In this document: positions 12,012 to 23,620 of the stretch, one piece after another | How positions within the stretch are numbered: the stretch's first letter is position 1 | Layout: every line of letters begins with the position of its first letter | Assembly: GCF_001194135.2 (NCBI RefSeq) | Contig: NC_069001.1 | Span: 16,515,889-16,571,607 of the forward strand | Direction: 5' to 3' | Source: Octopus bimaculoides | Taxonomy: Eukaryota | Length of the DNA stretch: 55,719 nt | Position numbers and translations under genes: made by a program | Notes under the pieces: model-generated | Database searches by the model: none | The model's input: only the letters and a program-made list of their open reading frames with translations | What the model was told of the DNA's origin: nothing

Positions 12012-12523
12012 GAGGCGCGTGACTTAGTGGTTAGGGTGTCAGCATCATTATAGTACGATTGTGGTTTCGATTCCTGGACCGGGCGACGCGTCGTGTTCTT
12101 GAGCAAAACACTCCATTTCACGTTGCTCCAGTCCACTCAGCTGGCAAAAATGAGTAATGCTGTGATGGACTGGCGGAACACATACGCCAGCTGAGGAACA
12201 CATATGCCATAAGGAGTTCCTGCCTTAAAAACAGGAACTACACCACAGTTATTTTGTGTTCTTTGCTACATTGGTTTCTATTAACCCATTTAGTCTATCC
12301 GAAGAATTTTTATTCATTAAAATAGAAGAAATACATCTGTTTCATCTGTGGGTACACAGGGTCTTTAGGTGAATTACAAGTACTCAGTCTTGTTTAACAT
12401 AAACTTTCATAAGCTCCAGAATCTCTGATCTCCTTGAAAACCTGTAACCTATGCAGAATTTTAGGTACTTAAATGGGAAACTTGACTAAATACTGGAACA
12501 TACATACATTCACTTATATGAAC

Positions 12524-12556
<33 letters not shown>

Positions 12557-13041
12557 AAGAAATCAATATATTATAATGAACAAAGCCCTCCTGTCCTCCA
12601 TTTTCTCAACATTCAGAAGTGGACTCATGTGAGCAGCATGGGTGTGATTTTTCAGGCTAGTAAATGACCTATGCTCTTTAGCACAGATGTTACATACATG
12701 ATTGCCCCACAACAACAAGTGGCACTTGTTGGTTATTTTTCCTTTTCATATGTAATTTCACACCTCTCATTGATAGGCAAACCCGGTTACATTCGTTCCA
12801 TGATATTATGCTGTGTATGGTGCAATGTAAGTCAAATCTCTGTACATGGCTTATTTTGTGACTTTTTAGAAGCAGATCTCTCACATTCATATTTCACAGT
12901 TCACACCTGGTCACCTATATTTCCTAGAAATATCACATCAACAGCCTTTCTAGCATTCCTCTTCAACATTTTGTTGATTTCTTCCAGCTATTTCAAAATT
13001 CTCGTCACTTTCTTCCATCTTGCCAAGTTAGTTGCAGTTTC

Positions 13042-13616
13042 GGATCTTTTTTAAAACGGGGGCCACCTTTTTCATTAACGAAACACTTTGAAACTTGGAA
13101 CACTGGTAGAATGTGTCATATAAAACATCTTTTTCTCTTAGTCTTCTTAAAAAAAAAAAGAAATCCATAAGTTATTCCATGTGAAAGTTGTCGTATTTCT
13201 GTAATTTCAACCAATCACTGACGTCCATTCTGCCGATATACATTAAGTGCCGACTACATAAACAAACGATTCTGAAACAATTAACCCTAACCCTAACCCT
13301 AACCGTAGGGTTAGGGTTAGGGTTAAAGCAAATTTAAAATGAAAAAAGCAAATAAAACGAAGGTATGGAGATTAAATACGCTTTACATCGCTTAATCAGC
13401 CAAAGGAGTAAATATAAACAACTGAATACTTGTCAGTGATTGGTTGAAATTATCGAAATAAGACAATTTTTTACATGAAATAAATTCGAATACAAAAATA
13501 TTTTTCTGTTCTATAACACAAAATAGATAAGTATACGAAGTTTGAAAGTCTTTCCGTACCAAAAACACTACGTAAAACATTAATGAAAAATGTGGCCCCC
13601 GTTTTAAAATAGATCC
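13042..13616. mobile_element. Merlin-like MITE (575 bp) with central telomeric palindrome
   Basis: TIRs GGATCT(T/A)TTTTAAAACGGGGGCCAC(C/A)TTTTTCATTAA. Perfect 8-bp TSD GCAGTTTC (13034-13041 and 13617-13624). GG termini with an 8-bp TSD fit Merlin/IS1016. Inserted into an RTE relic. Confidence 0.8.
13281..13326. repeat. Perfect telomeric-repeat palindrome (CCCTAA)3-ACCG-(TTAGGG)3
   Basis: TTAACCCTAACCCTAACCCTA (13281-13301), loop ACCG, then TAGGGTTAGGGTTAGGGTTAA (13306-13326). Confidence 0.95.
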
Positions 13617-13624
13617 GCAGTTTC

Positions 13625-13800
13625 TTCTCAGTCCTTTTCATCCATTGCAGTTTCTTCTCAGTCCTTCTCAGTCCTTTCTGCTGAGGTTTACGAGGTGGAT
13701 GCTTTCCATTCCCCAGTTCACCTGCCAGGAGTTGCTTCAGAGTGATGCAGTCTTCCATTCTCATTAATTGGCTCATCCTTCAGAGTCAGTGTTGCAAGAT
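13625..13800 (-). mobile_element. RTE LINE ORF2 C-terminal relic
   Basis: Minus-frame QLMRMEDCITLKQLLAGELGNGKHPPRKPQ resembles the RTE motif RMEDxRxPKQLLYGEL..GKR. The sequence resumes left of the MITE (~12990-13041). Confidence 0.6.
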
Positions 13801-15844
13801 GATTCACTCAACAGACACTGCACCACCATCAGCAGCTGACATGATTTCTTCAGGTGCAGATCCATGGCTTCTTGAGACTGATGGATGCCAACTACTGCTA
13901 TCATCCCCACTCACATACATCTTCCTTATCTATTTGATGCTCTCTCCAACTTTGTTTTAATTTCTTTGCTTTTATATTTTTCTTCTATTTTTAACAAGTT
14001 CTATCTCAGACATTTTAACCCTTTAACATTCAGACTATTCTGTCTAATCTAATGCTTATTTATTCACATTGTTTTGAATTAAACATGCATTATCTTTTTG
14101 CATTGAGAGTTCGATGATGTGCTTGTTTATTTTTAGTATGACATCATAGCGTAGGTGTGAGAGGCTGAATATAACTAATCTGTACATAAAACAGGTAGAA
14201 TATTTGGGCTGGATCTGGCCAGTTTAAATGCTAAAGGGTCAAAGTTGATCTCTCTCCTCCTTTCCTTTCTCTCTCCCCTCCCTCTCTTCCTCTTTCTGGT
14301 TCTTGAACTGTTTTCTCTAATTTTAATTATTTTCAGAATAATTATCAGTGATTAAGTTACAACAATGAAGTTGACAAACTTTGCAGTAAAGTGGACACTA
14401 ACAATACTTGACCAATCACTATCATCATCATCATCATTTAACGTCCGTTTTTCATACTGGGATGGGTTGGATGGCTTGACAGGAACTGCTAAAGCTAGGG
14501 GGCTGCATCAGATTCCATAATCTGTTTTGGCTTGGTTTCTACTGCTGGATGCCCTTCCTAATGTCAACCACTCCACGAAGTGTATTGAGTGCCTTTTACC
14601 TGTCACCAGCATGGGTGCCTTAAACATGTTACAAGCACAGGTGCTTCTAATGTATCACTGGCACAAGTGCCTTTTACATGTCACCAGCACTGGCCACAAC
14701 TATGGTTTCACTAAGCTTGGCATGTCTTCTCAAACACAACAAATTGCCAGAAGTATTGGTCACTTGTCATTTCCTCCATGAGACTCAACCAGTGGTGTAT
14801 GGTTGTCATTGGGTGTGCTACCACACTGACCATACTATGACTAATATTAGTATTACTCAAATTAGGCATACAATCTGTGTATTTCTCTTCAAAATGCGGG
14901 ATCCAAAATGTAAATAACTGAATTAAGTTTTTATTTCAGTTGCAATACAGATATATGTAAACATTCAAAAAAGAAAATCATTAAGTTAAACTATTAAAGT
15001 GGACATCACAACACAACTTTCTTCCGATGGTAATATAGTGAATTTTAAAGAACGACTAATCAATTTTATTTATAAATGTTGTTGTGATGTCACTTTGAAG
15101 ATTAAACACATAACAATAGTACATGAAATAGTTTTTTTCATAAGAATATTTCTCCAAAATTAAATCATTCAAATTTAAGAAAAACTTCACTTGGCATTAT
15201 ACTAGGCTACATAGGCCGCTTACAGGTAATGAAGCTCTTAAATTTTGTTAATGATCAGTATGTGATCACAGAAATTTTAATTAAAAGTGCTTATTTCTGA
15301 AACTGTATAAAGCATTTAGGATCAACACTAATTAAATTTTAAATAAGATGCCTAAGCACCCAACTAAAAAAATCACAAAATTCACTGAGCAAAATATCAA
15401 CAAACAGCCTTTCACATTGAACCGTTTTCAGTGACTAATGACAAAACAGCTGATATTGCCCCAACTTGTAGTGTTTGGTGCACTAGCAGCACCAGAATTC
15501 AACCTGACTTAAGTTTTGTTTCTGACTTCTAAAAGTGTATTATTAGTTTTGAAAACAAATTGAGATCAAAGTTATATGATAATATTGTAAGAAAAAAATG
15601 TTTGTAAAAAAAAATTAGTTTTAGTTAAGGGATTTTGAATTTATTTAAGTATACAACTTCTCATCACAAAAACGAACATGCAACCGTGCTGTCAAAGCTG
15701 TTGTACACCCTTCACCACTAATTTTGTGCCATTTTCCCATTATCCTATGATATCCCCAGTACTATACTATGATATAATGTGCTGTAACATGTGCAGTGTT
15801 ATTTGAGGACACCCACCACCAAACTTCAAGCAGGGATATAATGT

Positions 15845-15976
15845 GCTTACCAACCACATGGTTCCAGGTTCAGTCCCACTGCACGGCACCTTGGGTAAGT
15901 GCCCTCTACTCTAGCTTTGGGCCAATCAAAGCCTTGTGAGTGGATTTGGTTGACGGAAACTGAAAGTAGCTCATCA

Positions 15977-16026
<50 letters not shown>

Positions 16027-16265
16027 CATCTATTTGTATGTGTGTGTCATTGTGTCTGTGTTTGCTCCTCACCACTGCTTGACAACCGGTGTTTGTATGT
16101 TTATGTTCCTGTAACTTAATGGTTCAACAAAAAGAAGGCCGTTAGAATGAGTAACAGGCTTTAAAAAAGCAAGTCCTGGAGTCTACCGATTTGGTCGGCT
16201 AACAACCTTCAAAGTGGTGCTCCAGTGTGGTCTCAGTCATATGAATGAAATAAATAAAAGTGTCA
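15845..16265 (+). mobile_element. tRNA-derived SINE family C with internal (TA)n(TG)n microsatellite
   Basis: Head ...ccaaccacatggttccaggttcagtcccactgcacggcaccttggg, then microsatellite, then body gtgtttgctcc...cttgacaaccggtg. Copies at 29425-30032, 31540-31866, ~46870-47570, ~47840-48210, ~55500-55719 (minus) and heads at ~30525-30690, ~37960-38130. Confidence 0.8.
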
Positions 16266-16654
16266 AGGGTTTCTCNNNNNNNNNNNNNNNNNNNNNNNNN
16301 NNNNNNNNNNNNNNNNNNNNNNNNNNNNNNNNNNNNNNNNNNNNNNNNNNNNNNNNNNNNNNNNNNNNNNNNNNNNNNNNNNNNNNACTTATCTTTTGTC
16401 CATCTTTTCTCTTGACCAATCAGATTATCTCCCTTGTTGCCAGATCTCTATGCAAGAGGAAGGACTTAGTATTGACAGCAAATGGACTTTGAAAAACAAT
16501 AAAAATCTTGCTGCAATATCACAATAGGTAAATTTAGGTGGAACTGATAAACAAGTGGAGGCTTGTTCGTGTAAGGGAGATAATCACTTCTGGATAATAC
16601 TTGGCAAGATTAGAAGTTTGGAAGTGAAATGGAAGAACGAAGAAAAAGAAGTAC

Positions 16655-16983
16655 TACATTTTGGTTATATCACCCCCATTAAAAAATTGGGTTATCTCTC
16701 CTAACTAAAAAATTGTTTAACCCTCAATAAAACAAAAAAAAAAAAAAGAAAAAATTAATAAACATGCAAAGTGAAAAGATTAACATCTTATTGAATCTGA
16801 TAATATTTTTATAACAAATGATACCATGCCTATTGAGAAGGTCAAAAGTCAACAATATGTTGAAGTATTGAATCACTTTTAATCCAATCTCTTGTCATCA
16901 CATAAACTCAACTTTTTTAGTGGGGAGATAACTCAATTTTTTAATGGCAATTTTTTTAATGGGGGTGAGATAACCAAAAGGTA
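16655..16983. mobile_element. TA-flanked TIR element (Tc1/mariner-type MITE)
   Basis: ~55-bp imperfect TIRs TA|C(A/C)TTTTGGTTAT(A/C)TCACCCCCATTAAAAAA...TT(G)(G/A)GTTATCTC at both ends. Confidence 0.65.
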
Positions 16984-17192
16984 CCGAAGAAGCATAGAAT
17001 ATACAAATTTAGTTTTAATTTTGCTTACTCATTACAAAGATCTTAAAAATTCTAGTTGTGAGTAATCCATAAACACAATTAGGCGTAGCTGTGTGTTACA
17101 CCACTTCCAGGATTATTTCACCTGTTTACCTTGTTAAAACTAACCCCAGAGAAGTTAAATCTGATGACAGTGAGATAAATATTACAGTTTAG

Positions 17193-17229
17193 TTAATGAA
17201 AACTGTGGCCCCCGTTTTAAAATAGATCC
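17193..17229. mobile_element. Solo right TIR of the Merlin-like family
   Basis: ttaatgaaaactgtggcccccgttttaaaatagatcc is near-identical to 13580-13616. No left partner nearby. Confidence 0.8.
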
Positions 17230-17629
17230 GTTATACACTCTGATCAAGTAATCAGGGGTGGTAACTTTTACTGTCGCTAGCAGCCATTGTCAGCTGAATT
17301 ATAGACTTTATTAGAAATTCTGATGACATGAGGTTATTTTCCAAGGAGGCCTTCATTTCCCTACATCATTATTCTTTTATACTTAACTGTTGAGTGAATA
17401 CAATTAACAAGTTACAAAAGTATTCAATATACCAAAAAAAAAAAAAAAAAACTAAATGGACTGCAAATGTGACAGGTAGTGGTGGTGGCAAGAGATAGTA
17501 GTGAGGGCAGTGGCAGTGGTTGTGGTGGTGGTAATCTTAAATTAGGATGCTGGATTAACCCTTCAGCATTCAGAAAACAGTCAAATGGATACTGTACTCT
17601 TAGATTGACAATAACCAAGAGTCGGACGT

Positions 17630-18610
17630 ATTTCTTTATTAACCTATAAAAGGTGTACATCGAGGGACATTACAAAGGACGCACACGAACACTTACATTC
17701 TTACAAATCGTTTGAAATGAAATGAAAAGTCGAAGAAATTGAAAAAATCGGATGAAATGATAAATATAAATATGAATAAGAATTAATAATAATGTTCCGG
17801 GTTTTTTTTTTCTTATTTAACCCGCCGGTTTTTTTCCTTTTTTTCTCTTTCTTTTCGTCTTGACCAGCTATGCTAGCACGGCCCCATTCATTCTTAACTT
17901 CCTTACCACAGACACCCATCTTTTCTCGAACGTCCTATGCGACAGGCACTTCTTCCCCAGACGGATCTTTCTGGACAGGTGGAAGTTGAAATATCTTACC
18001 AACCCGTGTCCGGAGATGAAGTGACCTGTCGCAAGTCCTTTCACACGTGTCGTCCATACTGTTTCTTTCAGTATAGCTACTACGCAGAAAAACGATGCCT
18101 TTTTTTTGTTGAAGGAAGAAGGCGGTACGATCTTAATCATGGACTCAGTCGAGAGCCGTACTCTTTCCGTATCCGACATCAGTTGTTTGACATGGGCTAT
18201 CAATTCCTCAACTCCTCACAGTGTACAAAGGCGTGCGCGACAGTTTCACTGACGCGCCCGCACCTCGGACATATGAGGGAGGTGTCAAAACCGTGTCTAG
18301 ATAACCTCTCTCGAACGAGTAAGGCCGATCGGTAGCACAACCTGGCCAAGGATTTCTGGAAGTTATCCAGATAACTCGACCCGAATGTACTTCTGAACAG
18401 GTTGGTTGTTTGCTCCTCACCGAAGCCCAGAGTCTCCTCCAGGACATCGTCGGACAACGAAGAGTTAGACGGCGTAGTTACGTTTTGGACACCTGTAATT
18501 ATAATTTTTTTTCAATCAAGGCTGACGTAAAGCTGTGCTCCGCAACCGGTATGCTGCGGTACACTGGTGTACCACGAGACGATGCTAGGTGTGTCGCAGT
18601 GTAACCTGGA
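17630..18610 (-). mobile_element. 5'-truncated Tx1/L1-clade LINE relic (ORF2 C-terminus and 3'UTR)
   Basis: Minus ORFs 18200-18457 and 17868-18203 join via a 1-nt frameshift: LARLCYRSALLVRERL..ICPRCGRVSETVAHAFVHC (zf-RVT CCHC knuckle). A-rich 3'UTR with AATAAA (tttatt at 17635-17640). Confidence 0.8.
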
Positions 18611-18719
18611 TATAATTTTTTTACCTATACTTTTAGATATATTTTTAGTTCAGGTGTGCCGCCGAATTTTGAAAAGAATCTAAGTGTACTTCAAGTGAAA
18701 AAAGATTATGGAGCAGTGA

Positions 18720-18867
18720 TGTAGAGACAATTTCAACAGCATCACTGTGTTCGTTTGAAGTCCTCTCTGTGTGAAAGTGGTCGCCATTTAAACATTATCG
18801 TTGTCGTGATGTAAATATCATAAAATGTCAGCCTTCTGTTGTGAAAGTTGATAGAAACATCTTTCAG
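18720..18867 (+). promoter_or_regulatory. Candidate promoter / non-coding first exon of TFIP11
   Basis: Apparently non-repetitive, CpG-containing patch with a YY1-like CGCCATTT (~18782-18789) and a donor CAG|GTATTT at 18867/18868. TFIP11 needs an upstream exon because an acceptor lies 12 nt before its ATG. Inference only. Confidence 0.25.
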
Positions 18868-20403
18868 GTATTTCTCACATAAAATACATTTTTTTTGTCT
18901 CTCAATTAACTTGAATCAATTATACCATATCTGTGGTATATTTCTTCACTGTGTCAATCAGAGGAAAATATATTTAATTTATTCTGCATGAGACTTAAAT
19001 AACTTCAATGTTTTCAAAAAAATGTTTCACACAAACAACACAATAATCTCTCTTGAGGTTTCTCCATCGCTCCACCCATTCCTTCTGCTTTATGTCCTAC
19101 TTTCTGTTCCCTCTTCTCTCTCTTTTGTCTATATCGACCTTCATTTTAGTCTCTCCTCTACTCCATCCCTTTTACGTATATCTACAATCTATTCTCTCTC
19201 TCCATTTTCTCCGATTCTATTTTTGGATCACAGACGTTAAGTATTTCCTCATTGAAATCTTTATTGTTGCTAAGCTCCAGGTATGACTTGAGCCAACGGA
19301 CCTTTGACCAAAGACGTTCCAACTGCAACCATCCTTTTTCTTTTACATATATACTGTACCTAGGACTAGGTTGTCTGATGTGTCCATTTTTTAAAAAGAT
19401 GGTAGGGATATGAGGGAGATTTGACAGCTATTTCTAACACGCCAAGTGATTACGTAGATCTCCCTGTTTCGTTTTTGTTCGATCTTTGACGGGAACATCA
19501 GAATTTTGGCGAGGTTTTTAAATACACTTATTGGTCAGAACATTTATATAGTTGTGTGGTTAAGAAGTTTGCATCGCAATGTTCTGGTGACCATGCTTTA
19601 CCCGTAAGCTACCAGGGGTAAACCATTTGTTTTATTATCCATTATATATATATATATATATATATATATANNNNNNNNNNNNNNNNNNNNNNNNNNNNNN
19701 NNNNNNNNNNNNNNNNNNNNNNNNNNNNNNNNNNNNNNNNNNNNNNNNNNNNNNNNNNNNNNNNNNNNNNNNNNNNNNNNNNNNNNNNNNNNNNNNNNNN
19801 NNNNNNNNNNNNNNNNNNNNNNNNNNNNNNNNNNNNNNNNNNNNNNNNNNNNNNNNNNNNNNNNNNNNNNNNNNNNNNNNNNNNNNNNNNNNNNNNNNNN
19901 NNNNNNNNNNNNNNNNNNNNNNNNNNNNNNNNNNNNNNNNNNNNNNNNNNNNNNNNNNNNNNNNNNNNNNNNNNNNNNNNNNNNNNNNNNNNNNNNNNNN
20001 NNNNNNNNNNNNNNNNNNNNNNNNNNNNNNNNNNNNNNNNNNNNNNNNNNNNNNNNNNNNNNNNNNNNNNNNNNNNNNNNNNNNNNNNNNNNNNNNNNNN
20101 NNNNNNNNNNNNNNNNNNNNNNNNNNNNNNNNNNNNNNNNNNNNNNNNNNNNNNNNNNNNNNNNNNNNNNNNNNNNNNNNNNNNNNNNNNNNNNNNNNNN
20201 NNNNNNNNNNNNNNNNNNNNNNNNNNNNNNNNNNNNNNNNNNNNNNNNTGGGAGAGAATATATTTGCAGCTGAAGATGGCTTTATACCATCCTGTCTATC
20301 AATTATATACCCATATAATGATGCAACGACTATAAAACTTGAAACACGTGTACCGCGGAATCCTTTGTGTTCTGTTTTTATTTTTACGTTTTTAATTTAT
20401 ATG

Positions 20404-20434
<31 letters not shown>

Positions 20435-20959
20435 GTATGTATTTGTGTGTCTGTGTTTATCCCCCCACCATCGCTTGACAACCGATGTTGGTGTGTTTAT
20501 GTCGCCGTAACTTAGCAGTTCGGCAAAAGAGACCGATTGAATAAGTACTAAGCTTAGAAAGAATAAGTCCTGGGGTCAATTTTTTTCAACTAAAGGCAGT
20601 GCTCCAGCATGGCTGCAGTCAAATGACTGAAACAAATAAAAGAATATCTAATATCTATAAAGATATCATTAAATAAATGATAAGGAAATAGGAATTATGT
20701 TATCAACTTCATTAGTTTATGGCTGTTTCTGCTATAAGATGCAATGCACTTAGAGCTGGGTGCTTGTGCATCACTTTGCAGCTTCTGAAATGAATGCAAA
20801 TTTATTTGGGAAAGCATCATATGTACATACTTATATTCTTAAAACAGCAAGTAAATGTTAGCAGCAGGAAGGGCATCCAGCTGCAAATATATTTGCGTAA
20901 TATATATGTATAACTTATGCTAGTAAAGAAAAAAACAGACAGGACACAAATGAATGCAT

Positions 20960-21044
<85 letters not shown>

Positions 21045-21400
21045 TGCATCTGTGTTGGCTCAAATGGTGAACAAAAAAGTGCTGTAACTTACCAAACTAC
21101 CGAATGAATGATTATCCAAGGTGGAAATAACCTTTTTATTAATCAAGATCAATAAAACAAGAAGCAGACAAGCTACTGGAGTTAATATAGAATTGATTAA
21201 CAATATTGTACTATATTATCAATTTAAGAGAGTTTGTTGTCTGTGTCATGATGAAATACTTCCGTCTTTTTATCATGAGTTCTCTGGAATGAGTGTGTGT
21301 GTATGTGTGTGTGTGTGCAAATATATATTTATAAACACACGTACACTAATTTGGCAAGCTTGAGACCAGTTTGATTCCCATCATCATCATCTGAACATCT

Positions 21401-22619
21401 TGTGGCAGATGTTCAGGTGCAATAAAGACTGCAAACAAACAGGAAACAACTTCTATCTCATTCCAGGGTGAAAAACTAGAGGTAGTCGATAGCTTCCGCT
21501 ATCTGGGCGACCAAGTTAGTAGTGGGGGTGGGTGCGCTGAAAGTGTAGCTGCTAGAATAAGAATAGCCTGGGCAAAGTTTAGAGAGCTCTTACCCCTGCT
21601 GGCGACAAAGGGACTCTCACTCAGAGTAAANNNNNNNNNNNNNNNNNNNNNNNNNNNNNNNNNNNNNNNNNNNNNNNNNNNNNNNNNNNNNNNNNNNNNN
21701 NNNNNNNNNNNNNNNNNNNNNNNNNNNNNNNNNNNNNNNNNNNNNNNNNNNNNNNNNNNNNNNNNNNNNNNNNNNNNNNNNNNNNNNNNNNNNNNNNNNN
21801 NNNNNNNNNNNNNNNNNNNNNNNNNNNNNNNNNNNNNNNNNNNNNNNNNNNNNNNNNNNNNNNNNNNNNNNNNNNNNNNNNNNNNNNNNNNNNNNNNNNN
21901 NNNNNNNNNNNNNNNNNNNNNNNNNNNNNNNNNNNNNNNNNNNNNNNNNNNNNNNNNNNNNNNNNNNNNNNNNNNNNNNNNNNNNNNNNNNNNNNNNNNN
22001 NNNNNNNNNNNNNNNNNNNNNNNNNNNNNNNNNNNNNNNNNNNNNNNNNNNNNNNNNNNNNNNNNNNNNNNNNNNNNNNNNNNNNNNNNNNNNNNNNNNN
22101 NNNNNNNNNNNNNNNNNNNNNNNNNNNNNNNNNNNNNNNNNNNNNNNNNNNNNNNNNNNNNNNNNNNNNNNNNNNNNNNNNNNNNNNNNNNNNNNNNNNN
22201 NNNNNNNNNNNNNNNNNNNNNNNNNNNNNNNNNNNNNNNNNNNNNNNNNNNNNNNNNNNNNNNNNNNNNNNNNNNNNNNNNNNNNNNNNNNNNNNNNNNN
22301 NNNNNNNNNNNNNNNNNNNNNNNNNNNNNNNNNNNNNNNNNNNNNNNNNNNNNNNNNNNNNNNNNNNNNNNNNNNNNNNNNNNNNNNNNNNNNNNNNNNN
22401 NNNNNNNNNNNNNNNNNNNNNNNCGTGCGGATGACACGTAAAAGCACCCACTACACTCTCTGAGTGGTTGGCGTTAGGAAGGGCATCCAGCTGTAGAAAC
22501 TCTGCCAAATCAGACTGGAACCTGGTGTTGCCATCCGGTTTCACCAGTCCTCAGTCAAATCGTCCAACCCATGCTAGCATGGAAAGCGGACGTTAAACGA
22601 TGATGATGATGATGATGAT
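21401..22619 (+). mobile_element. Young 5'-truncated RTE LINE spanning a gap
   Basis: Intact frame CGRCSGAIKTAN...FQGEKLEVVDSFRYLGDQVSSGGGCAESVAARIRIAWAKFRELLPLLATKGLSLRV before the gap; family 3'UTR and (GAT)n tail after it. Confidence 0.85.
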
Positions 22620-23620
22620 CATCATCATTTAATGTCTGTTTTCCATCCTGGCATGGTTTCATGTTAGAATGGATGGTTTGAAAGGAGCTGACCAGCTGAC
22701 CGGCTGTTCTGGCTCCTTGTCTGTTTTGGTATGGTTTCTATGGTTGGATGCCTTTCCTAATGCCAACCACTTTACAGAGTGTACTGGGTGTTTTACACAG
22801 CACATGCATGGGTGCTTTTTACATGGCACCAACACCTACAAGCCCACAAGATTAGAGATGCTCAGCAGGAGAGGGTCGCAGGGGACAAGCCTGTATGCGA
22901 AGACAACCATGCTTTTACTTAGCTTGATGTGTCTTTTCAAGCACAACAAATCCATGTCATCCTGTGGGTCTCAATGTCTAGATCCTTTCTCACCACTTTG
23001 TCCCACATCTTCCTGGGTCTACCCCTTCCACATGTACCCCCTACAATTAAAGATCAACTGTCTTTGTTTATACACATTGTATGGCCATTCCAGTGCACTC
23101 TTATCTCTTGTGCACTACATCTGATGCTACATATACCCAGTTTTTCTCTCAAATCATTTACACTCTGTTGTATATGCACACTGACATGACCCATCTAGCG
23201 AAGTATACTGGCTTCATTTCTTTCATGTCTTCACATATCCTCAGTAGTCACAACCCATGTCTCACTGCTGTGTAGCATAGCTGTTCATTCACAAGTATCA
23301 TACAATCTGCCTTTCACTCTTAAGGAGAGGCCCTTTGTTACTAACAGAAGTAGCTTTCTGTACTTTGCCCATCTTATTCTTCTTCTAGCAGCTATGCTTT
23401 TGGAACAACCACCCCCATTACTAACTTGGTCACCTAAGTAATGGAAACTGTTTACTATTTCTAGGGATCCACCCTGCATATGAGGGAGTCTATTTTTTGT
23501 GCATTCCTGGTGTTTAATGAACCTGCACATCTGCCACATGTAATGACTATCTTCAATGTTAGTCACCCAGTGATACCGCTGCACCTCTTATGTGTCCATA
23601 GCTTGCACTGGCTACACCTT
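22620..23620 (-). mobile_element. Older RTE LINE copy, antisense
   Basis: ORF 23285-23584 contains GGSLEIVNSFHYLGDQVSNGGGCSKSIAARRRIRWAKYRKLLLLVTKGLSLRVKGRLYD. (CAT)n tail at 22620. Confidence 0.8.

Noticed and set aside
13281-13326. Chromosome end-to-end fusion scar or G-quadruplex
   Set aside because: The repeat order is the reverse of a fusion, there are only three GGG runs, and it sits inside a TSD-flanked transposon.
13042-17229. Single 4.2-kb composite transposon
   Set aside because: The 8 bp after 17229 (gttataca) do not match the TSD gcagtttc, and the inner element already has its own perfect TSD.
17600-17660. U2 snRNA target site of a Keno-type Tx1 element
   Set aside because: The flank does not match the U2 5' sequence as I recall it.
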